Origin: Pseudomonadota bacterium
GTDB taxonomy: Bacteria; Pseudomonadota; Gammaproteobacteria; Steroidobacterales; GCA-2729495
Direction of reading: 5' to 3'
Length of the DNA: 64,000 bases
Assembly: GCA_963205295.1 (NCBI GenBank)
Contig: CAUJIY010000042.1
Location: forward strand, 679-64,678
Made by a program: the position numbers and the translations under genes
Notes under the pieces: generated by a model
Told to the model about the DNA's origin: nothing
What the model saw: the letters and a program-made list of their open reading frames with translations, nothing else
Databases searched by the model: none
Shown here: one piece after another, positions 49,644 through 59,933 of the stretch
Layout of the letters: the number at the start of each line of letters is the position of its first letter
Numbering within the stretch: the stretch's first letter is position 1

Positions 49644-50981
49644 CTAGGTACCGGCCGGGCGTGAGCCGACGGGTGCCCGGATCGCGTCGAGCATGCCGTG
49701 CTCGCCCCCGACCGCTGCCGGAACAGCCTTCTCGGCAACGATCGCCTTCAGCACGACGATCACGGCGACGAGGTGGTAGTAGAGGTCGAAGTACGACAGG
49801 CCGAGGAAGGCTCCGCCGACGGCATAACCGACCATGCTCACCTGCATCATCGCGGCGAGGTCCCCGGCCCACTTGAGATCGGGACGGTCACGGACCGCGC
49901 GCAGCACGGCCGAACCGCTGCGATAGGCCGTGAAGCCCACCAGCAGAAACAGCGCGAGCCCCACGAAGCCATGTTCACCGAGCACCTTGAAGTAGATGCT
50001 GTGCGCATCCTGGAAGCGCCCGTCGCCACGCTCGACGATCTCGCGGGTGATGTCGGGGGCAAAGCGCCGGTAATTCTGCTCGGTGAAGCTGTCGAAGCCG
50101 CCGCCGACCAGGCGCCCCCGGGCCATCTCCACCCCGAAGCGCCACGCGCGGATTCGGCCCATCGCCGAGTCGTCCTGCTCGAAAGTGGACACCGTCTCCA
50201 TGCGCTCGAACCAGCTGTCCGGCATGTTCACGACGAGCACCGGCAGCGACAGCACGAGGCCGAGTGCAATCAGGAGCTTGCGGGAGCCTTTGAGCCAGAG
50301 GAACAGCAGCATTACCCCGCCGGCGATCGCGGCACCGCGGGAGTGCGACCCGAGTACGGATGCGCAGCATGCCAGAATGGCCATGCCGAGCCCGACGCGG
50401 ACCAGGCGCGTGCGCGCATTGCCGAACAGGAACCACAGCATCGGCATGATCATGATGATCGCGAGCGCGAGCGCATTGTTGTCACCGAGGAAGGTGCCGG
50501 GTGGTCCCCACACCAGTGACTCACCGCCACCGCGCAGCACGAACAGGCCGCCCTTGAACCCGTAGAAACCGACGGAAAGCGCGATGACCCAGACCAGCGC
50601 GATCAGCCGCTCGCGGGTGCGGATCAGCATGATGGTCAGCAGCGCAAACACCTGGATCTTGATGGCGCGTTCCCAGGCCGGCCACGCCACGGCACCGTCG
50701 AGCGCCAGCGTAGTGGTGAGCGTCATCCACGCGACGAACAGCAGCCACACCACCGTCAGCACGCTCATCGGGATGCCACGCCGGTCCCGGGTGAACAGCA
50801 GTCCGAGCAGCGTCGCTGCCGCCACGACCTGTGAGAACGGAAAATCGTAGGCGAATCCCCAGCTCAGGCGATGGGGGTTCATGTAACCGAGCCAGCTCCA
50901 GAAGAGGATTCCCGTCCATGGCCGCGCCAGGATCAGGGGCAGCCCGCCCAGCACGATCAGCATGATGACGATGTCGCGCAT
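49644..50981 (-). CDS. O-antigen ligase/polymerase-like membrane protein (exosortase A system-associated type)
   Basis: 445 aa with about 10-12 TM segments. The N-terminus MRDIVIMLIVLGGLPLILARPWTGILFWSWLGYMNPHRLSWGF fits the PEP-CTERM-locus O-glycosylation ligase family, and there is a Wzy_C-like loop. Confidence 0.78.
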   Translation of the reverse strand: MRDIVIMLIVLGGLPLILARPWTGILFWSWLGYMNPHRLSWGFAYDFPFSQVVAAATLLGLLFTRDRRGIPMSVLTVVWLLFVAWMTLTTTLALDGAVAWPAWERAIKIQVFALLTIMLIRTRERLIALVWVIALSVGFYGFKGGLFVLRGGGESLVWGPPGTFLGDNNALALAIIMIMPMLWFLFGNARTRLVRVGLGMAILACCASVLGSHSRGAAIAGGVMLLFLWLKGSRKLLIALGLVLSLPVLVVNMPDSWFERMETVSTFEQDDSAMGRIRAWRFGVEMARGRLVGGGFDSFTEQNYRRFAPDITREIVERGDGRFQDAHSIYFKVLGEHGFVGLALFLLVGFTAYRSGSAVLRAVRDRPDLKWAGDLAAMMQVSMVGYAVGGAFLGLSYFDLYYHLVAVIVVLKAIVAEKAVPAAVGGEHGMLDAIRAPVGSRPAGT

Positions 50982-50987
50982 CGGCGC

Positions 50988-51995
50988 TCAGCCTGGTTGC
51001 GCCATGGCTGGTGCGCGCATCGCGCCCCGGCCGGCAGCCCGCTCGAGCGCGAGGCGGGCTGAAAAACGCCAGGCGCTGCGATCCCAGGTGGCGACGCGCG
51101 GCACCTCGAGCAGGCTCGCACTGTGGTCGGCAAAGCCCCGTGCCGTCGTCACCGCGCCCTGGAATCCTGCCTGACCGGCCAGCCGGACGTCGCGCTGGCT
51201 GTAGTCGCGCCCCGGCGCCCCGTTCGGGTACGCAAACAGCGTGATGGGTTCGCCGAGAATCGCCTCGAGATCGGCCTTGCCACCGGCGATCTCAAGCGCT
51301 GCTTCGGCATCGCCGAGGTTGGCCAGGATCGGGTGGCTGCGTGTGTGGCCACCAATCGACATGCCGGCGGCACGCAGCGCACGCACCTGATCCGGGCCCA
51401 TCATCAGGCCGCGTGGAGCGCTCGCCCCCGCTGCGTCCAGCAGGCGCTGCGCGAAGTCACGCCGGACCTGCACGGGCAGGTACTTGGCGTGCGCGATCAG
51501 CCGGTAGGCAAGCTGGCAGCGCCCGGGGCCGTCCGTGAGCTCGACGCGCCCGACCGACGGCACGCCCGTGTCCCACCCGCCGGCAGGGGCGCGCCGGCAG
51601 GCCTCGATGATGACGTCGTTGAACATGGCCCCGGTACCGAGGTAGCCGGAGGCGACGAAGAAGGTCGCCGACAGCTGCAGATCCCGCAGTACCGGCAGCG
51701 CGTGATCGTGATTGTCCGCAAAGCCGTCGTCGAAGGTGATGGCGATCGCGCCCGCCGGCAGCGCGCCGCGCGCCAGCCGCTCGAGGGCCTCGCCGAGCGG
51801 CAACACGCGGAAATCCTCGCGCAGGGCCAGCATCTGCTCGCGAAACAGCGCGACATCCGGGTCGTGCGGGTACATCGCATCGGCAGCCGGCAGCACGCGG
51901 TGATAGATGAGCACGAGCAGCCGCCCCCCGCCGCTGCGCAGGCGCGTCAGGCCGTCGCAGGCGCGGATCAGGAAACTGCGCACTGGTGCCACCAT
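50988..51995 (-). CDS. polysaccharide deacetylase (CE4/NodB family)
   Basis: 335 aa with ITFDDGFADN, GGHTRSHP and LFAYPNG motifs. Confidence 0.85.
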   Translation of the reverse strand: MVAPVRSFLIRACDGLTRLRSGGGRLLVLIYHRVLPAADAMYPHDPDVALFREQMLALREDFRVLPLGEALERLARGALPAGAIAITFDDGFADNHDHALPVLRDLQLSATFFVASGYLGTGAMFNDVIIEACRRAPAGGWDTGVPSVGRVELTDGPGRCQLAYRLIAHAKYLPVQVRRDFAQRLLDAAGASAPRGLMMGPDQVRALRAAGMSIGGHTRSHPILANLGDAEAALEIAGGKADLEAILGEPITLFAYPNGAPGRDYSQRDVRLAGQAGFQGAVTTARGFADHSASLLEVPRVATWDRSAWRFSARLALERAAGRGAMRAPAMAQPG

Positions 51996-52023
51996 GGTGC
52001 GGCCGATTCTGCCCCGGCCGCCA

Positions 52024-53919
52024 TCACGCGGCCAGCACCTCGCGGTTGAAACTCTCGTAGATCAGCAGGGCCCAGAGCACCGCGCTGTGGTCGCGCAGCC
52101 CGGCCTGGTGCTGCGAGACGAGCGTACCGACCGTGTCCATGTCGAACAGCCCGGTGCCGTCGAGGGAACCATCGAGCAGGCGCGTGCGCACGCGTTCGCG
52201 CAGCTCGCGCCGGAACCATTTGGCGAGCGGCACGGCAAAGCCCATCTTCGGGCGGTAGACGACCTCGGGCGGCACCTGCCGCGCAACCGCCTTCTTGAAG
52301 ACGTACTTGCCGTCGCCGCCACGCAAGCGCAGGTCCGGCGGCAGCGTGGTCGCCCATTCGATGAACTCGTGGTCGAGGATCGGCACCCGCACCTCGAGGC
52401 TGTTGGCCATGCTGGCCCGGTCGACCTTGGTGAGGATGTCGCCGACGAGGTAGGTCTTGATATCGATGTACTGGATCTGCGACAGGCGATCAACGCCGTC
52501 GAGCCTGCGCTCGATGTCCCGGAAGATATCCACCGCACTGTAACCCTGCAGGGCGGCGTGCTGGCGCGCCGAGAACAGCCGCGAGCGGGTCGCACCGGTG
52601 GTGATCGCCAGGCTGTCGAAGTAGGCCTCCACGCTGCTGCGCGCGAGCGCCGCGAAAGTCGTCTTGGCGCGCAGGAAACGTGGTGCCCAGTCGGCTTTCG
52701 GGTACAGGCGCGCCAGCGCGCCGAACAGCGGGCCGCGCAGGCCGGGCGGAAGGAGGTTGCGCACCTGCTCCTCGCGCATGTGCCAGCGGTAACGCCGGTA
52801 GCCGGCGAACACTTCATCGCCACCGTCACCCGAAAGCGCCACCTTGACGTGCTTGCGGGCCAGTTCGCACACGCGGTACGTCGGCAACGCCGAGCTGTCG
52901 GCAAACGGCTCGTCGTAGATCGCGGACAGGCGGTCGACCAGGGAGAAGTCCTCCGGGTCGACCTGCTCGACGAAGTGCCGTGTCCCGAGCGCCTGCGCCA
53001 CGCGTGCTGCGTGCGCCGCCTCGTTGTAGGCAGGGTCCCCGAAGGATATCGAGCAGGTGTTGACCGGCTGCGAGGACACGCGCGCCATCAGGGCGACGAC
53101 CCCGCTCGAGTCGACCCCGCCGGACAGGAAGGCCCCGACCGGCACGTCGGCGATCATGCGCAGGCGCACCGCTTCCTGCAGCCGCTCGAGCAGCGTGTCG
53201 ATCGCAGCCGCCTCACCCGTCGGTGCCGGGTGCGAGAAGCTCACGTCCCAGTACGCCTGTGGTGCCGGCACCCCGGCACCACGCTTCAGGACCAGCGTCG
53301 AGGCCGCCGGCAGTTTCGCCACCGACGTGAGGATCGAACGCGGATCGGCCACGTAGCCGAGCGCGAAGTACTCCTCGACGGCGCAGGGATCGACCTCGCG
53401 GCGCACCGCCGGATGGCGCAGCAGGCCCTTGAGTTCGGAGGCCAGCACCAGCCAGCCGCCGGGGAGAATTGCGTAGTACAGCGGCTTCTTGCCGAGCCGG
53501 TCGCGTGCCAGGAACAGCTCGTGGCGGTTGCGGTCCCACAGCGCGAACGCGAACATGCCGCGGAAGCGGCGCACGCAGTCGCGCCCCCACTGCTCCCAGC
53601 CGTGGAGGATGACCTCCGTATCCGTGCGGGTCCGGAAGCGGTGGCCGCAGCGCTCCAGTTCGTCGCGCAGCTCCATGAAGTTGTAGATTTCGCCGTTGAA
53701 CACGACGACGACCGAGTCGTCCTCGTTGTACAGCGGCTGGTGCCCGGTCGACAGGTCGATGATCGACAGCCGGCGGTGGCCGAGGCCCACCCCGGGCTCG
53801 ACGTGAAAGCCGTCGTCGTCGGGTCCGCGATGGCGCTGGATGTCGTTCATGGCCCTGAGCAGGTCGCTGTCGATGGGCCGCGCCTCGTCGAGGTCGAAGA
53901 TTCCGGAAATTCCGCACAT
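52024..53919 (-). CDS. glutamine-hydrolysing asparagine synthetase family amidotransferase (exosortase A system-associated type)
   Basis: 631 aa from the internal start MCGISGIFDL... (Cys2 nucleophile), with HRGPDD, GHRRLSIIDL, FNGEIYNF and the PP-loop FLSGGVDSS. Confidence 0.92.
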   Translation of the reverse strand: MCGISGIFDLDEARPIDSDLLRAMNDIQRHRGPDDDGFHVEPGVGLGHRRLSIIDLSTGHQPLYNEDDSVVVVFNGEIYNFMELRDELERCGHRFRTRTDTEVILHGWEQWGRDCVRRFRGMFAFALWDRNRHELFLARDRLGKKPLYYAILPGGWLVLASELKGLLRHPAVRREVDPCAVEEYFALGYVADPRSILTSVAKLPAASTLVLKRGAGVPAPQAYWDVSFSHPAPTGEAAAIDTLLERLQEAVRLRMIADVPVGAFLSGGVDSSGVVALMARVSSQPVNTCSISFGDPAYNEAAHAARVAQALGTRHFVEQVDPEDFSLVDRLSAIYDEPFADSSALPTYRVCELARKHVKVALSGDGGDEVFAGYRRYRWHMREEQVRNLLPPGLRGPLFGALARLYPKADWAPRFLRAKTTFAALARSSVEAYFDSLAITTGATRSRLFSARQHAALQGYSAVDIFRDIERRLDGVDRLSQIQYIDIKTYLVGDILTKVDRASMANSLEVRVPILDHEFIEWATTLPPDLRLRGGDGKYVFKKAVARQVPPEVVYRPKMGFAVPLAKWFRRELRERVRTRLLDGSLDGTGLFDMDTVGTLVSQHQAGLRDHSAVLWALLIYESFNREVLAA

Positions 53920-53932
53920 GGCCTGGCCCTGC

Positions 53933-55054
53933 CTACCCCCCGGCTGCGCCGGCGCACTGCCGGTAAAGCTGTGCGTAGCGGCCCACCATGACCTCGAGAC
54001 TGAACTCGCGCAACACCCGCTCACGCGCCGCGGCACCGTGCGCACGCAGAGCCTGCGGATGTGTCCGGTACCAGCCGAGCCGATCCGCAACCGCTGCCGG
54101 ATCACCCGGTGGCACGAGGAATCCGGTCTCGCCGTCCACCACCAGTTCCACATTGCCACCCACGGCCGAGGCGATGACGGGCAATCCGCAGGCCATGGCT
54201 TCCAGGATGGTATTGGAGATACCCTCCGCCAGCGACGGCAGCGCGAACACGCTGAAGCTGCGCATGAGCGCCGGCACATCGTCGCGGGCACCGGCCAGCG
54301 TCACCGCAGACTGAAGCCCTTCGGCTGCGACACTGGCCGCGATGGTCTCCCGCTCGACACCATCACCCACCAGCACCAGCCGCGCACCGGAGCCGAGCGT
54401 GCCCGCGGCGCTGCCAAAGGCCCGTACCAGCGTCGGGTAGTCCTTCACGGCTTCCAGCCGCCCGACCGACCCCACGACGAACGGCTCGGCGGCGGGCCCG
54501 GCGGGAGCCGGATGAAAACGCCCGGCATCGACGCCGTTGCAGATGTGCAGCACACGCTCCGGTCTGACACCGATCGTGCCGGTGAGGTACTCACCGAGGT
54601 GGCGCGAGACCACCACGTAGCGGTCGACGAGCAGGCGGAATGCGCGCCGCAGCGTGCGGTAGCGGCGCCGCGTGCCGTGCAGGTCGATGACGTCCCAGCC
54701 GTGCTCGCCATGGACCTGGGCCGGCACGCCGGCGAGCAGCCCGGCGAGCTGCGATTCCAGGCACGGCAGGTTGCGCGTGTGCAGGATGTCGAAGTGGCCC
54801 GATCGCAGCATCTTCCAGAGCCGATAAAGGTAGGCCGGGCTGTTGCCCGGCCGCTTGTGCAGTTCCATGACCGCCACATGGTCCGGGAGACGGCGGCGAA
54901 ATTCCGTCGAATCAGTCAGCGAAACGATGACGTGTTCGAACTCGTCGGCGGGCAGCCCGTGCATTATGTTGATCATGCCATTCTGCAGGCCGCCGCAGTC
55001 GAAGCGATAGACGACGTGCGCGATGCGGATTCGGTCCCGCCCGGCTCGCGCCAT
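53933..55054 (-). CDS. family 4 glycosyltransferase (PEP-CTERM/EpsH1 system-associated type)
   Basis: GT-B fold. The N-terminus reads IRIAHVVYRFDCGGLQNG, and the C-terminal EX7E-like region reads PSLAEGISNTILEAMACGLPVIASAVGGNVELV. Start is taken at Met 55054; the ORF track starts at 55075. Confidence 0.87.
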   Translation of the reverse strand: MARAGRDRIRIAHVVYRFDCGGLQNGMINIMHGLPADEFEHVIVSLTDSTEFRRRLPDHVAVMELHKRPGNSPAYLYRLWKMLRSGHFDILHTRNLPCLESQLAGLLAGVPAQVHGEHGWDVIDLHGTRRRYRTLRRAFRLLVDRYVVVSRHLGEYLTGTIGVRPERVLHICNGVDAGRFHPAPAGPAAEPFVVGSVGRLEAVKDYPTLVRAFGSAAGTLGSGARLVLVGDGVERETIAASVAAEGLQSAVTLAGARDDVPALMRSFSVFALPSLAEGISNTILEAMACGLPVIASAVGGNVELVVDGETGFLVPPGDPAAVADRLGWYRTHPQALRAHGAAARERVLREFSLEVMVGRYAQLYRQCAGAAGG

Positions 55055-55055
55055 G

Positions 55056-55976
55056 TCAGCGGATCTCCGCCGCAAAGGCCTCGGCCATCGGTGCCCAGCG
55101 GAAATCGCGGCACAGGCGCACGAGTTTGCCCTCGAAACGCTCGAGGTTCACGTAGTGGCGAAAGCGTGTCCGCCGGTCGATGCCGGCGACTCGCGGCTGG
55201 CCCGGATCCACTTCCCAGGGATGGAAGTAGAACACCGCCGGTTGCCGCTCGACGCCGATGACCCGACGCAGGGCCCAGCGGCTCCAGGCATAGGGCAGCA
55301 GCCGGAAATAGCCGCCGCCCCCGCAGGGCAGGCGCAGGCCGGCCACTTCGACCGAAGTGATCGGTATCTCGGCGATCGCCTGCCCCGGCGCCCGGAAGCT
55401 GAAGCGCGGCGCCTCGCGCATGCCGTAGTGATCGTGGCTGATCGGGTTGATGCTGGAGCTGTAGCGGTAGCCGGCCTCGTGCAGCACGTCGAGGGCCCAG
55501 AGGTTGCGCGCATCGATCGAGAAGCTCGCGGCCCGGTACCCGACGACGGCACGACCGCACAGGTCCTCGAGCAATTGCCGGGTGCGCACGACGTCGGCGC
55601 GGAACTCCTCCGGCGCCTGTTCGTGGACGCGGACGTGGCTCCAGCCGTGGCTGGCGATCTCGTGGCCCGCATTGGCGACCGTACGCACCAGTGCCGGGAA
55701 CCGTTCCGCAGCCCAGCCGAGCCAGAAGAACGTCGCCCGGACCTGCCCGGCCGCAAAGATCTCCAGGACCCGCTGCACGTTGCGCTCGAGGCGCTGCGGC
55801 AGGCGGCTCCAGTCGTCTGGCCTGATGTAGGGGCGAAATGCGGAAACCTGAAAGTAGTCTTCCACGTCGACCGACATGCCGCTGACCGTGGGCATCTGCG
55901 TGTGGACCATCGAGATCGCTGGCTGGTGCGGTTGCAGTCGACCAGGCCGGGTGCGGCATGCCCCGGCCGTCACCAC
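55056..55976 (-). CDS. polysaccharide deacetylase, PEP-CTERM locus subfamily
   Basis: MSVDVEDYFQVSAF..., RATFFWLGW and HEIASHGWSH fit the PEP-CTERM locus deacetylase family. The true start is probably an internal Met at 55910 or 55895. Confidence 0.87.
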   Translation of the reverse strand: MVTAGACRTRPGRLQPHQPAISMVHTQMPTVSGMSVDVEDYFQVSAFRPYIRPDDWSRLPQRLERNVQRVLEIFAAGQVRATFFWLGWAAERFPALVRTVANAGHEIASHGWSHVRVHEQAPEEFRADVVRTRQLLEDLCGRAVVGYRAASFSIDARNLWALDVLHEAGYRYSSSINPISHDHYGMREAPRFSFRAPGQAIAEIPITSVEVAGLRLPCGGGGYFRLLPYAWSRWALRRVIGVERQPAVFYFHPWEVDPGQPRVAGIDRRTRFRHYVNLERFEGKLVRLCRDFRWAPMAEAFAAEIR

Positions 55977-57464
55977 TCAGAAATCGCGCGCGAGCTGCAG
56001 CATCGCCCAGAGCTCGTCATAGTCGGTGAGGCCCGTCGACGCGTCGTCGCGGCGTTGCAGTCCCATGGTGAAACCGAGCCGGGTACGCTGGCCGAGGGCG
56101 TAGTCGATCTGGCCTTCGAGGGTCATGAGCGTGTCGTCGCCGTTGATGACCTCGCAGGACGGGTCCGTCTCGACGTCGCAGCCCGGATCGAGCAGGGCGT
56201 TGTAGTCACGGCTGGCCCAGGTGCCCGAGATCGAGGCCTCGGTACGCGATCCAACCTCCCAGCTGAAGCCAGCCTCGACGCCGTAGGAGGTGGAGTTCTC
56301 CAGGTTGTCGAGCAGCAGCACGTCATCGGAGACGAGCACCTGATCCTCGCGATCCTCCCAGAACAGGTTCAGGTACAGGCGGCTGCGGCTGAGCGCCCAG
56401 CTGGCATCGATGTCGGCACGCTTCAGGATGTATCGCGTCGGATCACCCGGGCGGTCGATTCCGGCATCCGGAGGCGGCACCCCCGGTTCGACCGGAGCAC
56501 CGACCGGAATTTCCTCGAGCGCCATCAGGTCGGACACGCTCGGGGCCTCGCTGTAACTGATGCCGTAGCTCGACTCGCCGCTGGTCAGTTCCCAGTCGAA
56601 CGCGTAGGTGGTGCCGAAATAGCGCTCGCCGAGGGCCGCGCTCAGGCGCTGTGCGCCGAACTCGGTGGCGACACCGACCTCCCAGCGGCCCTCCTTCAGG
56701 CTGTCGTCGGTGGGATCCTCGAGGTCGTTGTCGAGGCCGCCCAGTACGAATACTTCGGTCGAGCGATCAACTCGGTAGCCCAGCCGCAGATACGCGGTCT
56801 GGATGACCGACTTGTCGCTGATTTCGTAGTCGAGGCTGGAGTACTCGTAGGCGAGTTCGTAGGTAGTCACCGCCTGTGAGCGAGCCGCCGAATGCAGCGC
56901 AGCGCGCCCGGAAAACGTGTCGACATCCTGCGACCGTTCGTCATCGTAATTCACGTGTCCGACACGGGCGAAACCATCGAACTGTGATTGTCCGAACAGG
57001 CCACGGCTCCACTCGGGGCCGACGTTCCAGTTGAGGGCATCGCTGCGGTTGCCGGTGGTGTTGATGTTCGTATTGCTGACTGGCTGGCTTGGCTCGACGT
57101 TGACCTGCGTGGCATTGGCGGCGGCGCGCAGCCGCAACTCCTCCCCGATCAGGTTGAGCAGCGCCATGGCATCGAGCTGGTTGTAGGCCTCGTTACGGTC
57201 CGAGTCTTCCGCATAGAACAGCGCTTCGAACGTGTAGTCCAGGTTGACGTCGAGGCCACCGCCGTCGTGTATCAGGCTGATGCCGGGCGCCACCCGGGTA
57301 ACCCAGTCGGACTCCTCCAGGCCATCTCTGGCGAGGTCGACATTGTTGGTGTAGATCTCCGCGATCGAGATCGACGGCTCGAGATCGACCGCCTCGGCCA
57401 TGGGCGGCAGGCCCGCCAGCACGAGCACCGGCAGCAGACTGCGAACGGACGGCTTCAGCTGCAT
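55977..57464 (-). CDS. PEP-CTERM-system-associated outer-membrane beta-barrel protein (copy 2)
   Basis: 495 aa with a signal peptide (LAGLPPMAEA), then ISIAEIYTNNVDL and a long alternating strand pattern. The C-terminus ...WAMLQLARDF ends in an aromatic residue. It occupies the usual position after epsG. Confidence 0.7.
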   Translation of the reverse strand: MQLKPSVRSLLPVLVLAGLPPMAEAVDLEPSISIAEIYTNNVDLARDGLEESDWVTRVAPGISLIHDGGGLDVNLDYTFEALFYAEDSDRNEAYNQLDAMALLNLIGEELRLRAAANATQVNVEPSQPVSNTNINTTGNRSDALNWNVGPEWSRGLFGQSQFDGFARVGHVNYDDERSQDVDTFSGRAALHSAARSQAVTTYELAYEYSSLDYEISDKSVIQTAYLRLGYRVDRSTEVFVLGGLDNDLEDPTDDSLKEGRWEVGVATEFGAQRLSAALGERYFGTTYAFDWELTSGESSYGISYSEAPSVSDLMALEEIPVGAPVEPGVPPPDAGIDRPGDPTRYILKRADIDASWALSRSRLYLNLFWEDREDQVLVSDDVLLLDNLENSTSYGVEAGFSWEVGSRTEASISGTWASRDYNALLDPGCDVETDPSCEVINGDDTLMTLEGQIDYALGQRTRLGFTMGLQRRDDASTGLTDYDELWAMLQLARDF

Positions 57465-57491
57465 GGCGATCGCCCCCCTGTGAATGGCCTG

Positions 57492-58316
57492 CTAGTAGGC
57501 GTAATAGTAGTCGTGCTGTCCGGCGGACCCGCCACCCGGAGTCTTGTTCAGCACGACATTGACGGATGCCGACGATTCGCGCATGAGGTCGAGCACCTGG
57601 CTAACCTCCGACGCCGTCGAACGCCCGGCCTCCACCACGACGAGCGCATGGTGCACGTGATCGGCAAGCACCCGCCCCTCGCTCGACAGCAGTAGCGGGG
57701 CCGAGTCGAGGATCACGATGAGATTGGGATCCTCGAACTGCTTGAGCACCTGGTCCATGCGCGGACTGGCCATCAGCTCAGTGGCATCGGGCCGTGGCTG
57801 CCCGGCGGGCATGAAATACAGCGACTCGACGTCCGTCGCCAGCAGCACGTCGCCCGGCCGTGCCACCTCCCCGGACAGCAGTTCGAGCAGGCCCTTGCGG
57901 TCGGATGCGCCGAGCCGCCCGCTCAGCGTGCGGCGCACCGGGTCGGCATCGACCAGCACGACCCGCATCATGCGCTCGCTCGCCATGCTGCCTGCCAGGT
58001 TCAAGGCGATGAAGGACTTGCCGGCCTGCGGCTGGTCGCTGGTGATCATCACCAGGTTGCCGCTGCGTGCACCGGAACGCGACAGGCCAAAGACCCGCGC
58101 CAGGACCGGACGTTTGAGAAAGCGGAAGTCCCGCGCCAGCGCCTGGAACTGCTCGATCGCCAGCCCCTGCCTGACCGCCACCGGCGGCCCTTCTGTCGTT
58201 GCCGGCGGATGGGAGTCCGGTGCCGCAGGCGCCGGCGCCAGGGCGGACGAACCGGCAGCCGCTGCGCGGCTGCGTTCGCCCTGTGACCGGCTCATGGCCT
58301 TCTCGACGATGCTCAT
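57492..58316 (-). CDS. chain-length-determinant tyrosine autokinase ATPase, EpsG-like
   Basis: 274 aa with a Walker A-like TSDQPQAGKSFIALNLA, Walker B-like VVLVDAD and ILDSAPLL. It lies directly downstream of the Wzz-like EpsF. Confidence 0.84.
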   Translation of the reverse strand: MSIVEKAMSRSQGERSRAAAAGSSALAPAPAAPDSHPPATTEGPPVAVRQGLAIEQFQALARDFRFLKRPVLARVFGLSRSGARSGNLVMITSDQPQAGKSFIALNLAGSMASERMMRVVLVDADPVRRTLSGRLGASDRKGLLELLSGEVARPGDVLLATDVESLYFMPAGQPRPDATELMASPRMDQVLKQFEDPNLIVILDSAPLLLSSEGRVLADHVHHALVVVEAGRSTASEVSQVLDLMRESSASVNVVLNKTPGGGSAGQHDYYYAY

Positions 58317-58327
58317 GGACGCCCTGC

Positions 58328-59908
58328 TCAGCTCCCTGCAACCATGCCGAAGAATCCGAGCGTCAGGACATAGACGCCGAACAGCCCACCCACGCCGGCA
58401 AGCACCCAGGTCGCCTGCCGGCGATCCTGCGCCTGCTCAGCGTCGGTCCGGGCCAGACGTACCATGCCCAGCACCGGTACGCCGAAGCGGCGCTCGAGTT
58501 CCCGCCCGGTGTAGAACACCGGATTCATGAAGTGCAGGGCCACCGCCAGGCAGAGGCCCGCGAGCAGCGCCAGCACCAGGACACCGCTCACCAGCAACCC
58601 GCGCTTCGGTCCTACCGGCAGCGCCGGCACCGTTGGCGGATCGATGATCCGGAATGTCACATCACCCTTGCGCTCGTCGGCCGCCTCCGACAGGCGTGCC
58701 GATTCCAGGCGGCGCAGGAGCTGGTCGTACTGCGCCTTGGTCACGTCATAGTCGCGATTCAGGCGCTTGAGCTCGGCCTCGATGGCGGGCACCACGTCGA
58801 CCTTCTGCCGCAGTCCGGCGACGATCGCCGCCTGGTCGCTGTACTCAGCCTGCAGCTGGGCCAGCTCCACGTCGGCACGTGACAGCTGGATCTTCATCTG
58901 CTGGTAGACCGGATTGAGATCGAGCGGCGAATAGGCCTTGCGTCCGGCGGCGTTCTCTTTGGCGAGCTGGGCTTCCTTTTCTGCCCGCAATGCCTCGATG
59001 GTCCTCTTGATCTCGACGATCCCGGGGTAGGTCTCGGTGTATTTCAGGCGCAACTCGGCGAGCTGCTGCTCGAACTGGGCGATCTGCCGGTCCTGTGGCG
59101 TGGTGAGCAGGTTGGTCTTCGGATCCGCCGGCACCAGTCCGAAGACCGGCTCCTCACCCTCGACCTGCCGCTCGAGTTCGGCGCGACGGTTGCGTGCCAC
59201 GCGCAGCTTGCCCTCGGTTTCCTGCAGCCGGGCCAGTGACTGCTGCAGCCGGCCGTAGTAGTCGGCCTGCGCATCCGGCATGAGCCCGACGTTCTTGCGC
59301 TTGAAGTCGGCCAGCCGGGATTCGGCCTCGTTGAGGCGGCGTTCGTAGTCGCTGATCTGCTGCAGCAGGAATTCCTCGGCGCTGGAACTGTCCTGGCGCG
59401 CCTTGCCGAGCGAACCCTCGACGAACATGTTGAGCAGGGAGGTCACCACGGCGAGGGCACGGTCGCGATCGTTGTTCTCGTAGCTGATGCGGATGATGTT
59501 GTTGCCGTCGCGCTGGGTCTTGATGCTTGCCTGCAACTGCTCGATCAGCCGGTCGAGCTCGACGCGATCCTTCGCGTCGATGTCCATGTCCGTCTCGCGC
59601 GCCAGGCGCTCGAGATTGGGCCGGCTCATGATGGCCCGCTCCATCATGTTGACCTCCGACATGACGTCGGAGTTGACCGCCAGTCCCTCGAGCAGCGGAC
59701 GCAGGCTGTTCTGCATGTCCACGTAGACGCGTGCCGAGGCCTGGTGCACATCCGGGATCAGGGCCACGATGATCCAGCCAACGACAGCCACGCCCCAGGC
59801 CAGGCCGACCGCCCGCCAGCGGAAACGCCAGCAACCCCAGAGTGTCCCGCGGGCGAGATCGGCGACCTCGGACAGGTCCAGGGTCCCGGCTGCGGCATGG
59901 CTGGTCAT
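58328..59908 (-). CDS. polysaccharide chain length determinant protein, EpsF/GumC (Wzz) type
   Basis: About 526 aa from Met 59908 with an N-terminal TM, a long coiled-coil periplasmic region and a C-terminal TM (Wzz architecture). Confidence 0.85.
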   Translation of the reverse strand: MTSHAAAGTLDLSEVADLARGTLWGCWRFRWRAVGLAWGVAVVGWIIVALIPDVHQASARVYVDMQNSLRPLLEGLAVNSDVMSEVNMMERAIMSRPNLERLARETDMDIDAKDRVELDRLIEQLQASIKTQRDGNNIIRISYENNDRDRALAVVTSLLNMFVEGSLGKARQDSSSAEEFLLQQISDYERRLNEAESRLADFKRKNVGLMPDAQADYYGRLQQSLARLQETEGKLRVARNRRAELERQVEGEEPVFGLVPADPKTNLLTTPQDRQIAQFEQQLAELRLKYTETYPGIVEIKRTIEALRAEKEAQLAKENAAGRKAYSPLDLNPVYQQMKIQLSRADVELAQLQAEYSDQAAIVAGLRQKVDVVPAIEAELKRLNRDYDVTKAQYDQLLRRLESARLSEAADERKGDVTFRIIDPPTVPALPVGPKRGLLVSGVLVLALLAGLCLAVALHFMNPVFYTGRELERRFGVPVLGMVRLARTDAEQAQDRRQATWVLAGVGGLFGVYVLTLGFFGMVAGS

Positions 59909-59933
59909 GGCCTGCTTCCTCCCGCCGGGGCGC